Shown: one piece after another, positions 20,410-31,101 of the stretch
Layout of the letters: every line of letters begins with the position of its first letter
Numbering within the stretch: position 1 is the first letter of the stretch
Assembly (NCBI GenBank): GCA_036266415.1
Contig: DATANB010000083.1
Coordinates: forward strand, 3,719-67,718
Length of the DNA stretch: 64,000 bases
Direction: 5' to 3'
From: Bradyrhizobium sp.
GTDB lineage: Bacteria > Pseudomonadota > Alphaproteobacteria > Rhizobiales > Xanthobacteraceae
Notes under the pieces: generated by a model
What the model saw: only the letters and a program-made list of their open reading frames with translations
Databases searched by the model: none
Told to the model about the DNA's origin: nothing
Translations under genes and position numbers: made by a program

Positions 20410-20877
20410 ATGGCCAAGAGTGCTGCCGAGACGATTTACGTGCTCAACGGCCCGAATCTCAATTTGCTGGGGACCCGCGAGCCCGAGACCTACGGCCGTG
20501 CGACGCTTGCCGACGTCGAGAAACTTTGCGCACAGACCGCGGCGCAATTCGGCCTGAGCGCCGATTGCAGGCAGTCCAATCGCGAAGGCGAACTGATCGA
20601 TTTCATCCACGAGGCGCATGCCAAGAAGGCGGCCGGAATTGTCATCAACGCCGCCGGCTATTCGCACACCTCGATCGCGCTGCATGATGCGCTTGTGGCG
20701 GTGAAAATTCCCACCGTCGAGGTGCACATCAGCAATATCCACGCCCGCGAGAATTTCCGTCATCATTCCTTCACCGCGCGCGCCGCTTTCGCAACGCTTT
20801 GCGGCTTCGGTATCGACGGATACAGGCTCGCGATCAATGGTCTTGCCGCCAGGATCGGCGCCAAGGCGAAGGCCTGA
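20410..20877 (+). CDS. aroQ: Type II 3-dehydroquinate dehydratase
   Basis: [38 protein letters not shown]. Confidence 0.97.
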   Translation: MAKSAAETIYVLNGPNLNLLGTREPETYGRATLADVEKLCAQTAAQFGLSADCRQSNREGELIDFIHEAHAKKAAGIVINAAGYSHTSIALHDALVAVKIPTVEVHISNIHARENFRHHSFTARAAFATLCGFGIDGYRLAINGLAARIGAKAKA

Positions 20878-20918
20878 CACATCCGCCCGTCACAAGCAGA
20901 AAGTTCCGGATCAAGATC

Positions 20919-21401
20919 ATGGCGCGCCAGCCTGACGACAAGACAGCCGCAAAATCAGGGAGCAATGACAACGCGCTAATCCGCGAACTCGCATTGCTGC
21001 TTGACGAGACCAATCTCACCGAGATCGAGATCGAGCGCGCCGGCCTGCGGGTGCGGGTCGCGCGCAACAGCGGCGTGTCGGCATCGGTGCCGCCGGGCTA
21101 TCAACCCGCCGCGCCCGTACCCGCGCCGGCCGCCGTGCCGGCCGATGTCGCCGATGTCGCCAAGCATCCGGGCGTGGTGCCCTCCCCGATGGTCGGCACC
21201 GCCTATTGGGCGTCCGAGCCCGGCGCCAAGCCATTCGTCGAAATCGGCACCAAGGTGGCGGTCGGGCAAACGCTTCTGATCATCGAAGCGATGAAGACGA
21301 TGAACCAGATTCCATCCCCGCGCGCGGGCACCGTGACGCAGATTCTCGTCGAGGACGGCCAGCCGGTCGAATTCGGCGAGCCGCTGGTGATTATTGAATA
21401 G
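20919..21401 (+). CDS. accB: Acetyl-CoA carboxylase biotin carboxyl carrier protein
   Basis: [15 protein letters not shown] biotinylation motif. Confidence 0.96.
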   Translation: MARQPDDKTAAKSGSNDNALIRELALLLDETNLTEIEIERAGLRVRVARNSGVSASVPPGYQPAAPVPAPAAVPADVADVAKHPGVVPSPMVGTAYWASEPGAKPFVEIGTKVAVGQTLLIIEAMKTMNQIPSPRAGTVTQILVEDGQPVEFGEPLVIIE

Positions 21402-21403
21402 AG

Positions 21404-21466
21404 GCGAGGAGCGAATGGCGAACAGTTTTCGCTACCGCCCGTCGCTGTTCGCCGTCCGCTCCTCGC
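21404..21466. repeat. 22-bp imperfect inverted repeat between accB and accC
   Basis: gcgaggagcgaatggcgaacag (21404-21425) / ctgttcgccgtccgctcctcgc (21445-21466). Confidence 0.7.
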
Positions 21467-21479
21467 TACCTGGGACAAC

Positions 21480-22829
21480 ATGTTCGACAAGATCCTGATA
21501 GCCAACCGCGGCGAGATCGCCCTGCGCATCCTGCGCGCGTGCAAGGAACTCGGCATCGCCACTGTCGCGGTGCATTCCACCGCCGATGCCGACGCCATGC
21601 ATGTGCGTCTTGCCGACGAGAGCGTCTGCATCGGCCCGCCGCCATCGAAGGACAGCTATCTCAACGTGCCGGCGCTGCTGGCGGCCTGCGAGATCACCGG
21701 CGTCGACGCGGTGCATCCCGGCTACGGCTTTCTGTCGGAAAACGCCCGCTTTGCCGAAATCCTCGCCGATCACAATTTGCATTTCATCGGTCCGAAGGCC
21801 GAACACATCCGCCTGATGGGCGACAAGATCGAGGCGAAGAAGACCGCCAAGAAGCTCGGCATTCCCGTGGTTCCGGGCTCCGAGGGCGGCGTCGGTCCCG
21901 ACGACGATGCGATGGCGATCGCACAAGGGATCGGCTTTCCGGTGCTGGTCAAGGCGGCTTCCGGCGGCGGCGGACGCGGCATGAAGGTCGCGCAGACCGC
22001 CGACGACCTGATGCTGGCGCTTTCCACCGCCTCCAATGAAGCCAGATCGGCGTTCGGCGACGCCTCGGTCTATCTGGAAAAATACCTGCAGAAGCCGCGC
22101 CACATCGAAATCCAGGTGCTCGGCGATGGCCGCGGCGGCGCGATTCATCTCGGCGAGCGCGATTGCTCGCTGCAGCGGCGCCACCAGAAGGTCTGGGAGG
22201 AAGGCCCCTCGCCCGCGCTCGATGCCGACGCGCGCAAGAAAATCGGCGCCACCTGCGCCAGGGCGATGCAGCAGATCAAGTATCTCGGCGTTGGCACCGT
22301 CGAATTCCTCTACGAGGACGGCGAATTCTATTTCATCGAGATGAACACCCGCATCCAGGTCGAACATCCCGTCACCGAGATGATCACCGATATCGACCTC
22401 GTGCTGGAGCAGATCCGCATCGCCGCCGGCGGCGATCTGCCGGTGACGCAGGATGAAGTCGTCATCAACGGCCACTCTATCGAATGCCGCATCAATGCCG
22501 AGAACCCCGTCACCTTCCGGCCCTCGCCCGGCAAGATCCTGCAATACCACCCGCCAGGCGGCCTTGGCGTGCGGATCGACTCCGCCGTCTATCAGGGCTA
22601 CGTCATTCCGCCCTACTATGACTCGCTGGTCGGCAAGCTGATCGTCCATGGCAAGACCCGCGGCGAGTGCCTGATGCGGCTGCGCCGGGCGCTGGACGAA
22701 ATGGTGGTGGAGGGCATCGAGACCACGCTGCCGCTGTTCCGGGCACTGGTGCGGGAACCCGCCATTATCGACGGCGACTATCACATCCATTGGCTCGAAC
22801 AGTACCTGGCCGGCCAGCCCGCCGGTTGA
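21480..22829 (+). CDS. accC: Acetyl-CoA carboxylase biotin carboxylase
   Basis: [38 protein letters not shown]. Confidence 0.97.
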   Translation: MFDKILIANRGEIALRILRACKELGIATVAVHSTADADAMHVRLADESVCIGPPPSKDSYLNVPALLAACEITGVDAVHPGYGFLSENARFAEILADHNLHFIGPKAEHIRLMGDKIEAKKTAKKLGIPVVPGSEGGVGPDDDAMAIAQGIGFPVLVKAASGGGGRGMKVAQTADDLMLALSTASNEARSAFGDASVYLEKYLQKPRHIEIQVLGDGRGGAIHLGERDCSLQRRHQKVWEEGPSPALDADARKKIGATCARAMQQIKYLGVGTVEFLYEDGEFYFIEMNTRIQVEHPVTEMITDIDLVLEQIRIAAGGDLPVTQDEVVINGHSIECRINAENPVTFRPSPGKILQYHPPGGLGVRIDSAVYQGYVIPPYYDSLVGKLIVHGKTRGECLMRLRRALDEMVVEGIETTLPLFRALVREPAIIDGDYHIHWLEQYLAGQPAG

Positions 22830-22911
22830 AACCCGCCCGCCCCGCGGTAAAGCCCGCACTTGCGGCCCGCGCGCTAGCCGCGGCCGTCTCCATCCTGCTA
22901 TCCTGCCGCGG

Positions 22912-23589
22912 ATGACTTCACGCGACTCCGCCTCTTTCGAGATCACGCCCGAAGTGCTGCTGCGCGCCTATGCCTGCGGCATCTTCCCGATGGCCGAAAG
23001 CGCCGACGATCCGACCCTGTTCTGGGTCGAACCGGAAATGCGCGGCGTGATTCCGCTCGACGGCTTTCGCGTTTCGTCGCGGCTCAGACGCACGGTGCGC
23101 TCTGACGTGTTCACCGTCACCGTCAACACCGCTTTCAAGGCCGTCATATCCGGCTGTGCCGCGCCGCAAGCCGGCCGCGACGACACCTGGATCAACAAGC
23201 GCATCCGCGATCTCTATCTCGGGCTGCACGAGCTCGGACATTGCCACAGCGTCGAGGTCTGGGAGAATGACGACCTGGTCGGCGGACTCTACGGCGTCAG
23301 CCTCGGCCGTGCCTTCTTCGGCGAGAGCATGTTTCACCGCGTCCGCGACGCATCCAAGGTGGCGCTGGTGCATCTGGTGGCGCGGCTGATCGCCGGAGGA
23401 TTCGAACTGCTCGACACCCAATATGTGACCGAGCACCTGCGCAGCTTCGGCGCGGTGGAAATTTCGCGGCGGCGCTATACGGCGCTGCTCGACCGCGCGA
23501 TCAAGGGCGAGGCGGATTTTTACAGGTTGCCGGTCGATCCTCCGCTCAGCGGCGCGCAGGCGCTTCAGATCGTCGCGGCGCGCGGCTAG
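22912..23589 (+). CDS. aat: Leucyl/phenylalanyl-tRNA--protein transferase
   Basis: [37 protein letters not shown]. Confidence 0.95.
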   Translation: MTSRDSASFEITPEVLLRAYACGIFPMAESADDPTLFWVEPEMRGVIPLDGFRVSSRLRRTVRSDVFTVTVNTAFKAVISGCAAPQAGRDDTWINKRIRDLYLGLHELGHCHSVEVWENDDLVGGLYGVSLGRAFFGESMFHRVRDASKVALVHLVARLIAGGFELLDTQYVTEHLRSFGAVEISRRRYTALLDRAIKGEADFYRLPVDPPLSGAQALQIVAARG

Positions 23590-23594
23590 GGCTG

Positions 23595-24554
23595 CTACCT
23601 GAAGATTCCGAACAGTCCGCCGGATGGCGGTGGCGGCGGCTGAGGCGGCGGCTGCTGCTGGAACTGCGGCTGCGGCGGCGGCGACGAGCGTTGAACCTGC
23701 TTCGGCGGCGCACGCTTCTGCACCGGCGGCGGCGGGGCCGGTTTCGGCGTCTCGACGGGGGCTGCGGTCACCACGGTCGTGTCGGGGGCTTTGCAGTCCG
23801 TCAGCCAGATGTCGTAGATCGGGTGCTCGACGCCGTGCAGCCCGGGGCTCGCCGCGTACATCCAGCCGGAAAAAATCCGCTTCACCTCGCCCTGCAGCGT
23901 GATCTCATCGACCTCGACAAAGGCGTCGGTATTGGCGGCCTCGGTCGCCGGACGGGTATAGCAGGCGTCGGTCTTGACCCGCAGCGCGCCGAACTGGACG
24001 GTCTCGCCGATATCCTCGTCGAAATTGATGATGCGCCCGGTAATCTTGTCGAGGCCTGAAAAACTCGCCTTCTTGTTGACGATCTTCTGCGCCGGTGGCT
24101 CGGTCACCACCTCGTCGCCCGGCTGTAATGTGGCGGGCGATTGCGGCACGCCCTTGGGCTGGCGCTGACCCGGCAATGCCGGAGCGCCGGGTGGCGCCAC
24201 GGCGACGCCCTGGTTGGGCTGGGGCGGCGCCACCGCGATGCCCGGCGGCACATTCTGGGGAATGACCGATGTGCCGGGCGGCGGCGCCAAAGGCTGTGAC
24301 TGCACTGACCCCGGCGGCGGCACGCCCTGCCCCGGCAGCGGCCGGTTAGGTGTCGGCAGCACGCGGCCCTGCGGCAATGCCGGCACTTCCTCCTCATCGT
24401 CGGGTTGCTGGTTGCCGCGGGGAATGTTGCCGGGCGGGCGCGGCACGGGATCGGAAAAGATATTGCCGATCTGCGCGCGCGCGGGCGGCGCAAGCGGGAT
24501 CGCTGTGGCGGCAAGCAGGGCCGCAAGACCTGTCAGGGCAATGGTTCGAAACAT
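23595..24554 (-). CDS. DUF2155 domain-containing secreted Pro-rich protein
   Basis: LDKITGR, FSGWMYAASPGL..VEHPIYDIWL.DC. Confidence 0.88.
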   Translation of the reverse strand: MFRTIALTGLAALLAATAIPLAPPARAQIGNIFSDPVPRPPGNIPRGNQQPDDEEEVPALPQGRVLPTPNRPLPGQGVPPPGSVQSQPLAPPPGTSVIPQNVPPGIAVAPPQPNQGVAVAPPGAPALPGQRQPKGVPQSPATLQPGDEVVTEPPAQKIVNKKASFSGLDKITGRIINFDEDIGETVQFGALRVKTDACYTRPATEAANTDAFVEVDEITLQGEVKRIFSGWMYAASPGLHGVEHPIYDIWLTDCKAPDTTVVTAAPVETPKPAPPPPVQKRAPPKQVQRSSPPPQPQFQQQPPPQPPPPPSGGLFGIFR

Positions 24555-24781
24555 CTCGCGGCTTTAACAGGCGAATCGGGTTCACGACATTGGACGGACT
24601 TGTCCGCCGCTCGCTAGCGCACCGGTTAACACGGCTAATACGGCGGGGAAAGGGCGGGTTCTCCCTGCCCCGGACCACTGGTCAGGCCGCGCCGCGGATG
24701 AAATAGTCGCAGCCGATCAAAGTTCGTGCATCCCGCGCCGAACCACCGGAAACCCGGGACAACCGGGCAAGCCAAGAGGAA

Positions 24782-25570
24782 ATGCCTGACATGGCCGATC
24801 GCATTCGTCTGGACGGCAAGGTCGCCGTGGTAACCGGCGCGGCCGGCGTGATCGGAACCGCGGCCATCCGGCTTCTGGCCGATCGCGGCGCGCGCATCGT
24901 TGCCGTCGACCGCAGGGAAAACGACCTGCAAACCGCGATCGGGGATTTGCCGGCCACGGCACAGGCGCTGGCCATTACCGCCGACGTCAGCGACGAGGAC
25001 GAGGTCGCCGGCTATGTCGGCGCGGCGGTCGAAAAATTCGGCGCCATCGACGTCTTCTACAACAACGCCGGCATCGAGGGCGACGTCGCGCCGATCACAA
25101 AATACTCGCTTGAGACGTTTCGCCGGGTGATCGATGTCAACGTGGTCGGCGTGTTCCTGGGAATGAAGCATGTGCTGCCGGTGATGCTCAAACAGAACAG
25201 CGGCAGCATCATCAACACCGCATCGATCGCCGGCCTGATCGGCTCCCCCGATATCGCGGTCTACAGCGCCAGCAAGCATGCGGTGATCGGCCTCACCAGG
25301 AGCGCCGCGCTGGAATGCGCAGGCAGCGCCGTGCGCGTGAACTGCGTCTGCCCCGGCCTGATCGACAGCCGGATGCTGAGCGCGATCATCGAAGGCCGCA
25401 ATCCCGGCAATGCGCCGGTTCCCAATGAGAGGATCGTGGAGCGGATTCCGGCGCGCCGGCTCGGACATGCTTCCGAGGTCGCCTCCGTGGTGGCGTTCCT
25501 CGCCTCCGACGAGGCCAGCTATGTCTCGGGCTCCGCCTACACGGTCGACGGCGCGCGGACCGCAGGCTAA
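24782..25570 (+). CDS. Short-chain dehydrogenase/reductase
   Basis: TGAAGVIG, NNAG, YSASK. Confidence 0.92.
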   Translation: MPDMADRIRLDGKVAVVTGAAGVIGTAAIRLLADRGARIVAVDRRENDLQTAIGDLPATAQALAITADVSDEDEVAGYVGAAVEKFGAIDVFYNNAGIEGDVAPITKYSLETFRRVIDVNVVGVFLGMKHVLPVMLKQNSGSIINTASIAGLIGSPDIAVYSASKHAVIGLTRSAALECAGSAVRVNCVCPGLIDSRMLSAIIEGRNPGNAPVPNERIVERIPARRLGHASEVASVVAFLASDEASYVSGSAYTVDGARTAG

Positions 25571-25574
25571 GGAT

Positions 25575-25668
25575 TGTCATTCCGGGATGGTCCGAAGGAC
25601 CAGACCCGGAATCTCGAGATTACCAGCGCGAGATTCCGGGTTCGCGCAAACGCGCATCCCGGAATGAC
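25575..25668. repeat. CGTC/TGTC-tagged REP-like palindromic element, family A (gtcattccggg...cccggaatgac)
   Basis: Terminal inverted repeats with two internal hairpins; related copies at 33653, 43278, 45793 and 46351. Confidence 0.85.
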
Positions 25669-25700
25669 CGGCTCAAGATATCAGAAGGTTTCTGCCCATC

Positions 25701-26645
25701 ATGCCCGTGACGCTCGATCCCGACGCCGCCGCCGTATTCAAGGCGTTTCAGGAAGCCGGCCGCCCGCCCTATGAGACGCTTTCCCCGGCGGAAGCGCGCG
25801 AGTTCTATCTGATGGCTCGCGTCGTCACCAATCCGGAGCCGCCCGAACTGAAATCGGTGGCGCCGCTTTCGATCCCCTCGCCTGCCGGATCGGTCCCGGC
25901 GCGTATTTACACGCCGGTAACGCTGAGGAGCAGAGGCGGGCTTGCGCCATGCCTGGTGTTCTTTCACGGCGGCGGCTGGGTAATCGGCGATCTCGATTCC
26001 CACGACGTGGTATGCCGCAAGCTGGCCCACGAAGGTCAGCTTCTGGTTATTTCGGTCGACTACCGGCTCGCGCCGGAGCACAAATTTCCCGCCGCCGTCG
26101 ATGACGCCATCACAGCGACGAAATGGATCGCGGACAACGCCAGATCGCTTGGCATCGACCCAGAGCACCTGACGGTCGGCGGCGACAGTGCCGGCGGCAA
26201 TCTCGCCACGGTGGTGGCGATATCGGCGCGCGACGGCAACGACCCGGCGATATCGGGCCAGCTGCTGATTTATCCGGCGACCGATTTTGCGATGACGCAT
26301 CCCTCGCACAGCGAGCCCGAAACCAGCATCCTGCTGACGCATTCGGTGATCAAATGGTTTCGCGATCACTATCTCAACGGCGCCGCCGACGTACACGACT
26401 GGCGGGCATCGCCGGCCCGCGCCACGCTGATCGGCCTGCCGCCGGCCTATGTGCTGACCGCGGGCGCCGATCCCCTGCGCGACGAAGGCGACGAATACGC
26501 CCGCAGCCTGAAGGAAGCCGGCGTCGCCGTAACCTACCGGCATTTTTCCGGCCAGTTCCACGGCTTCTTCACCATGGGCAAGCTGCTGCAGCAGGCAGAC
26601 GTCGCGGCCGGCGAGATCGGCGCCTGGTTGAGGGCGCTGAACTGA
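25701..26645 (+). CDS. Alpha/beta hydrolase, HSL-family esterase/lipase
   Basis: HGGGW, DYRLAPEH, GDSAGG, DPLRDEG, HGF. Confidence 0.93.
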   Translation: MPVTLDPDAAAVFKAFQEAGRPPYETLSPAEAREFYLMARVVTNPEPPELKSVAPLSIPSPAGSVPARIYTPVTLRSRGGLAPCLVFFHGGGWVIGDLDSHDVVCRKLAHEGQLLVISVDYRLAPEHKFPAAVDDAITATKWIADNARSLGIDPEHLTVGGDSAGGNLATVVAISARDGNDPAISGQLLIYPATDFAMTHPSHSEPETSILLTHSVIKWFRDHYLNGAADVHDWRASPARATLIGLPPAYVLTAGADPLRDEGDEYARSLKEAGVAVTYRHFSGQFHGFFTMGKLLQQADVAAGEIGAWLRALN

Positions 26646-26700
26646 GGCGGACTGCAGGGCGCGAACCGCCGCTACACGAAAATCATGCTGTCATCCCCGT

Positions 26701-26750
26701 CGGCGGGTCGGCGGCGACCTTGCCATTTCAGGGCGCGTCGGGCAGCGTCT
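26701..26750 (+). promoter_or_regulatory. Candidate nhaA-type (Li+/Na+) riboswitch-like leader
   Basis: GGGT-hairpin-CAGG...GTCGGGCAGC about 70 nt upstream of a cation:proton antiporter; resemblance is from memory only. Confidence 0.3.
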
Positions 26751-26818
26751 GCCAATGGCGATCTGCCGAAATCGCGCACGCGCCGCCTGCGTTTTGCGTC
26801 ACGGGGAGAGAAAACGAA

Positions 26819-28066
26819 TTGGAAGCATCGGCCTCCCTTGAAATCGCCAAGCATACGCTGCTTGCGTGCGGGCTCATTCTGGCGATCGGCACCATCGCCG
26901 GTCTTTTGGCGCAGAAGATCAGAATTCCCGACGTCGCGGTGTTTCTCATCGTCGGCATCGCGATCGGCCCGCAGGCGCTGGGGCTCGTACATATCAAGGC
27001 GGATTCGGCGCTGAACCAGATAATCCTGCTGTTCGGCGCCAGCTACATCCTGTTCGATGGCGGCGCTTCGCTCCGCTTCAGCGTATTGAAGCAGGTCTGG
27101 ATCACCATCGTCATCATCGCCACGGTCGGCGTCATCATCACGGCGGCCATTACCGGCATTGCCGCCCATTTTATCCTCGGCGTGCCCCTGATCGTGGCGC
27201 TGCTGCTCGGCGCGGCGCTGGCCTCGACCGATCCGGCAACCCTGGTACCGATTTTCCGTCAGGTCCACATCCGCGACCGCGTGGCGCAAACCGTGATGAG
27301 CGAGTCCGCCCTCAACGACGCCATGGGCGCGATCGTCACTTTCGGCGTGCTGACGGTGGCGATGGGGACCGGCGAATTCTCGCTGGTGAACTCGGCATTC
27401 GATCTGCTCAAGCAATCCGTGGTCGGCATCGTCGCCGGCGTCGCGCTCGGATATCTGGCCGCGCTCCTGATCGCGCATGAACGGCTGGCCTTCCTGGCGG
27501 AATACGCCCCCGTGGTGACGCTGGTCGCCGTGATCGGCGCCTATTTCGCCGCCGACGGCCTGCAGGCCAGCGGCTTCATGGCGGTTTTCGTGTTCGGCAT
27601 CATGCTCGGAAACAAGGAATCGTTCGGTTTCGCGATGGAAGCCGGCGAGGCGCGCAAGCTCGACGAGTTCGTCATGACCACGGCGTTCATCATGCGCCTT
27701 TTCATTTTCATACTGCTCGGCGCGCAGGTCGATTTTACCCTGATGGGCCGATACTGGCTCGGCGGCGTGGCCGTTGTCACCGTGCTGATGCTGGTGGCGC
27801 GACCCGTGGCGGTGTTCCTGTGCGCGCTGCCGGATCGGCGCGCGCGCTGGAGCTTTGCCGAAATGCTGTTCATGTGCTGGACGCGCGAAACCGGCGTGAT
27901 CCCGGCGGCGCTGGCGGGCCTGCTGCTCGGCATGAAGGCGCCCGGCGCTGAAATGATCGCCTCCGTCACCTTCATCGCCATTCTGATGACGATCCTGATC
28001 CAGGCTCCGACCACGAAGTGGCTCGGCCGCAGGCTCGGACTTTTGGAGACGAAAGCCGGATCGTAG
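26819..28066 (+). CDS. Cation:proton antiporter, CPA1/NhaP family
   Basis: About 12 TM; ILFDGG, STDPA, ESALNDAMG, RETGVIP; TTG start after SD GGGGAG. Confidence 0.88.
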   Translation: MEASASLEIAKHTLLACGLILAIGTIAGLLAQKIRIPDVAVFLIVGIAIGPQALGLVHIKADSALNQIILLFGASYILFDGGASLRFSVLKQVWITIVIIATVGVIITAAITGIAAHFILGVPLIVALLLGAALASTDPATLVPIFRQVHIRDRVAQTVMSESALNDAMGAIVTFGVLTVAMGTGEFSLVNSAFDLLKQSVVGIVAGVALGYLAALLIAHERLAFLAEYAPVVTLVAVIGAYFAADGLQASGFMAVFVFGIMLGNKESFGFAMEAGEARKLDEFVMTTAFIMRLFIFILLGAQVDFTLMGRYWLGGVAVVTVLMLVARPVAVFLCALPDRRARWSFAEMLFMCWTRETGVIPAALAGLLLGMKAPGAEMIASVTFIAILMTILIQAPTTKWLGRRLGLLETKAGS

Positions 28067-28192
28067 CGGTACTCGGCGGCGGCACCGATCGTCAGCTGCG
28101 CTCGGCCGGCTCGAATGCCATTTCGTCCTCGCCGCCAAGTCGCAAAGTACTAGACTTGGCTCTTGCAGAAGACGTCGTCGTAAGGGGGGCAG

Positions 28193-29185
28193 ATGCAGCG
28201 GCGGGATTTCATCACGCTTGTCGGCGGTGCGGCTGCCGCTGTTATGTGGCCGGTCTCCGCGCGCGCACAACAGGCAGACCGCATGCGGCTGGTCGGGTCG
28301 CTTAATATCCTTGCGGAGGACGATCCGGAATCGCGGTCGCGGATCGCGATGTTCAAGCAAAGTCTGAAAGAGCTGGGCTGGACCGAGGGCGGCAATGTGC
28401 GGATCGAGGCGCGCTGGGCCGGTGGTGACGACGGTCTACTTCGCAAATATGCGGCGGAACTGGCAGCACTCACCCCTGACGTCATCCTGACGTCAGGCAG
28501 CGTCACGGTGAGGCCGGTGCAGCAGGCGACCCGCACCGTGCCGATCGTGTTTGTGCAAGTCGTTGATCCCGTCGGCTCCGGATATGTCGATAGCCTGTCA
28601 CGACCAGGTGGCCATACGACCGGCTTTACCCTGTTCGAATACAGCTTGAGCGGAAAATGGCTCGAACTGCTCAAGGAGATCGCGCCGAAGGTGACGCGCG
28701 TCGCGGTAATTCGGGACCCGACGCGCGGCTCCGGGATTGCTCAGTTTGCTGCGATGCAGACCGCCGCACCGTCGCTCGGAATGGAGTTAAGCACGATCAA
28801 TGCATCGGATGTCCACGATATGGAGCGTGGCATCGCGGCATTCGCGCGCTCCACCAATGGCGGCCTGATCGTGACCTCGGGAGGAACCGGTTTTCACCGC
28901 GACGCGATCATCCCGCTGGCGGCGCGGCTTCGATTGCCTGCGGTCTATCCCTATCGCTATTACGCCACCGACGGCGGTCTCGTCGCTTATGGGCCGAACA
29001 CGATCGATCAGTACCGGCGCGCGGCAAAATACGTCGATCGCATCCTCAAAGGCGAAAAACCGGCGGACTTGCCGGTGCAGGCTCCGACCAAGTATGAACT
29101 GGTGATCAATCTCAAGACCGCCAAGGCGCTGGGGCTCGAAGTGCCATCGTCGTTGCTCGCCCGCGCCGACGAAGTATTGGAATGA
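28193..29185 (+). CDS. ABC transporter substrate-binding protein (ABC_sub_bind family), orphan
   Basis: MQRRDFITLVGGAAA signal; VDRILKGEKPADLPVQAPTKYELVINLKTAKALGL C-terminus. Confidence 0.9.
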   Translation: MQRRDFITLVGGAAAAVMWPVSARAQQADRMRLVGSLNILAEDDPESRSRIAMFKQSLKELGWTEGGNVRIEARWAGGDDGLLRKYAAELAALTPDVILTSGSVTVRPVQQATRTVPIVFVQVVDPVGSGYVDSLSRPGGHTTGFTLFEYSLSGKWLELLKEIAPKVTRVAVIRDPTRGSGIAQFAAMQTAAPSLGMELSTINASDVHDMERGIAAFARSTNGGLIVTSGGTGFHRDAIIPLAARLRLPAVYPYRYYATDGGLVAYGPNTIDQYRRAAKYVDRILKGEKPADLPVQAPTKYELVINLKTAKALGLEVPSSLLARADEVLE

Positions 29186-29224
29186 AGTGGCGGGAGTTCG
29201 TTGGACCTCCGCCGGGATTTATGA

Positions 29225-30163
29225 CTAACCCGCGCGTGCCGCGCGCCGCAGCGATTGCGGCGGCTGGCCGAAGGCGCGGATGAAGGCGCGGCGCATCCGC
29301 TCCGGATCGCGAAAGCCGGTCTGTTGCGCGACGCGCTCGATCGCCTCGCTCGAGGATTGCACGCGTTGCCGCGCCACCTCGATTCTAAGGCGCTCCACCG
29401 CTTTCGACGGCGTGGTCCCGGTCTCCGCAATGAACGCGCGCGTAAAATGCCGCGAACTCATGCCCGCCTGCTCGGCGAGATTGTCGACCGTCAGCGGCGC
29501 ATCGAGATGCTCGCGCGCCCAGCTCAATAGCGGCCCGAAGCGCCCCGAAGGCGCCTTCAATTCCAAAAGCGAGGAGAACTGCGACTGGCCGCCGCTGCGG
29601 CGGTGATAGAGCACGAGCTGGCGCGCGGTCTTCTGCGCGATCTCCTCGCCGTAATCCTCCGCGACAAGCGCCAGCGCCAGATCGATGCCGGCGGAAATCC
29701 CCGCCGAGCTCCAGATATCGCCGTCGCGGACGAAGATCCGGTCCGGCTCCCACTTCACCTGGGGAAAGATCGAAAGAAACTGCCGGGTGCGTTGCCAATG
29801 CGTGGTGGCGCGGCGGCCATCGAGCAGGCCCGCCTCGGCCAGCATATAGGCGCCGGAGCAGACGCTGGCGAGGCGGACGCCGCGCGCTGCGGCCGCGCGC
29901 ACGAAGGCCAGCGTCTTGCGGCATGTCGCCGCCGCGTCGACGCCCTCGCCGCCGGCCACAATCAGCGTTGAGATCGCACCGGCCGCCTTCAGGCTGCGCG
30001 CCAGCATTTCGACGCCCGAGGAGCTGCGCACCGGACCGGGCGTTTCCGCCAGCACCTTGATCGACGGCGGCTGGCCGGCCAGGCGCGCGGCGATTTCGAA
30101 CACCGAAATCGGGCCGGCCGCGTCGAGCAACTGGAAATTCGGAAAGACGAGAACGCCGATCAT
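29225..30163 (-). CDS. GlxA-family transcriptional regulator (DJ-1/PfpI + AraC HTH)
   Basis: SVCSGA, ATTHW, SSAGISAGID, GGQSQFS, AraC double HTH. Confidence 0.93.
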   Translation of the reverse strand: MIGVLVFPNFQLLDAAGPISVFEIAARLAGQPPSIKVLAETPGPVRSSSGVEMLARSLKAAGAISTLIVAGGEGVDAAATCRKTLAFVRAAAARGVRLASVCSGAYMLAEAGLLDGRRATTHWQRTRQFLSIFPQVKWEPDRIFVRDGDIWSSAGISAGIDLALALVAEDYGEEIAQKTARQLVLYHRRSGGQSQFSSLLELKAPSGRFGPLLSWAREHLDAPLTVDNLAEQAGMSSRHFTRAFIAETGTTPSKAVERLRIEVARQRVQSSSEAIERVAQQTGFRDPERMRRAFIRAFGQPPQSLRRAARAG

Positions 30164-30256
30164 GATTCTAGGTTATGTCCTGAAATGAGGGAAAAATGGC
30201 ATTTCGGACAAAAGATCATCATGGCAGGATCGTTCCGTCAAGTGGTTGGCTTTCGC

Positions 30257-30339
30257 CGTCATTGCGAGCGCAAGCGAAGCAATCCATCTTGGCCAAGAAG
30301 GAATGGATTGCTTCGTCGCTTGCGCTCCTCGCAATGACG
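30257..30339. repeat. CGTC-tagged REP-like element, family B (cgtcattgcgag...ctcgcaatgacg)
   Basis: Perfect 12-bp terminal IR plus internal cgaagcaatcca/tggattgcttcg IR. Confidence 0.85.
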
Positions 30340-30393
30340 GATAGAACGCGAAAGCGAAGACGGCTGCCCCTTCATCGAACCCGGAAAGGCCCC

Positions 30394-31101
30394 ATGTCCG
30401 CGCCACTTCATATCGGTCTCCTGATATTCCCCAGGGTCACCCAGCTCGATCTCACCGGGCCGGTGCAGGTATTTTCAAGCGTGCCCAGCGCCACGGTGCA
30501 CCTGATCTGGAAACGGATCGAGCCGGTGCCAAGCGATTCCGTGCTGACGCTGACGCCCACCATCACCTTCGCCGACTGCCCGCAGCTTGACGTCATCTGC
30601 GTGCCCGGCGGCGTCGGCACCGATGACATGATCAATGACGAGGAGATGCTGGACTTCCTGCGCCGGCAGGCGGCAGGCGCCAAATACATCACCTCGGTCT
30701 GCACGGGATCGCTGGTGCTCGGCGCGGCTGGCCTGCTGCAGGGCTACCGCGCGGCGACACACTGGACGGCGATGGACTTTCTTGGCGAATTCGGCGCGAC
30801 GCCAACCAAGACCCGCGTCTGCGTCGACCGCAACCGTGTCACCGGCGGCGGGGTGACCGCGGGAATCGATTTCGCGCTGACGCTGGTCTCGATCATGATC
30901 GACCGGCGGACCGCGGAAGCGATCCAGCTCAGGCTCGAATACAATCCGGCGCCCCCCTTCAATGCCGGCTCGCCCGATACCGCGCCGCCCGAAATTCTGG
31001 CGTTGATGAAAGAGAGGATCGCGCCCGCGCAAGCGCGGCGCAGCGGAGCGATCCATCGCGCCGCCGCGCGGCTGACCACCCCGCATCCGTCGGCGGCATG
31101 A
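30394..31101 (+). CDS. DJ-1/PfpI family protein, isonitrile hydratase (InhA)-like
   Basis: TQLDLTGP, SVCTGSL, GGGVTAGIDFAL, QL.LEY.PAPPF.AGSP. Confidence 0.85.
   Translation: MSAPLHIGLLIFPRVTQLDLTGPVQVFSSVPSATVHLIWKRIEPVPSDSVLTLTPTITFADCPQLDVICVPGGVGTDDMINDEEMLDFLRRQAAGAKYITSVCTGSLVLGAAGLLQGYRAATHWTAMDFLGEFGATPTKTRVCVDRNRVTGGGVTAGIDFALTLVSIMIDRRTAEAIQLRLEYNPAPPFNAGSPDTAPPEILALMKERIAPAQARRSGAIHRAAARLTTPHPSAA

Noticed and set aside
21432-22946. Long antisense ORFs (also 53-1405, 3242-4384, 6347-7603, 26672-28360, 35351-37165, 43455-44834)
   Set aside because: Shadow frames opposite well-supported genes, expected from high-GC codon bias
26123-26818. N-terminal extension of the antiporter (647-aa ORF)
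   Set aside because: Overlaps the esterase in another frame; a good SD and TTG exist at 26819
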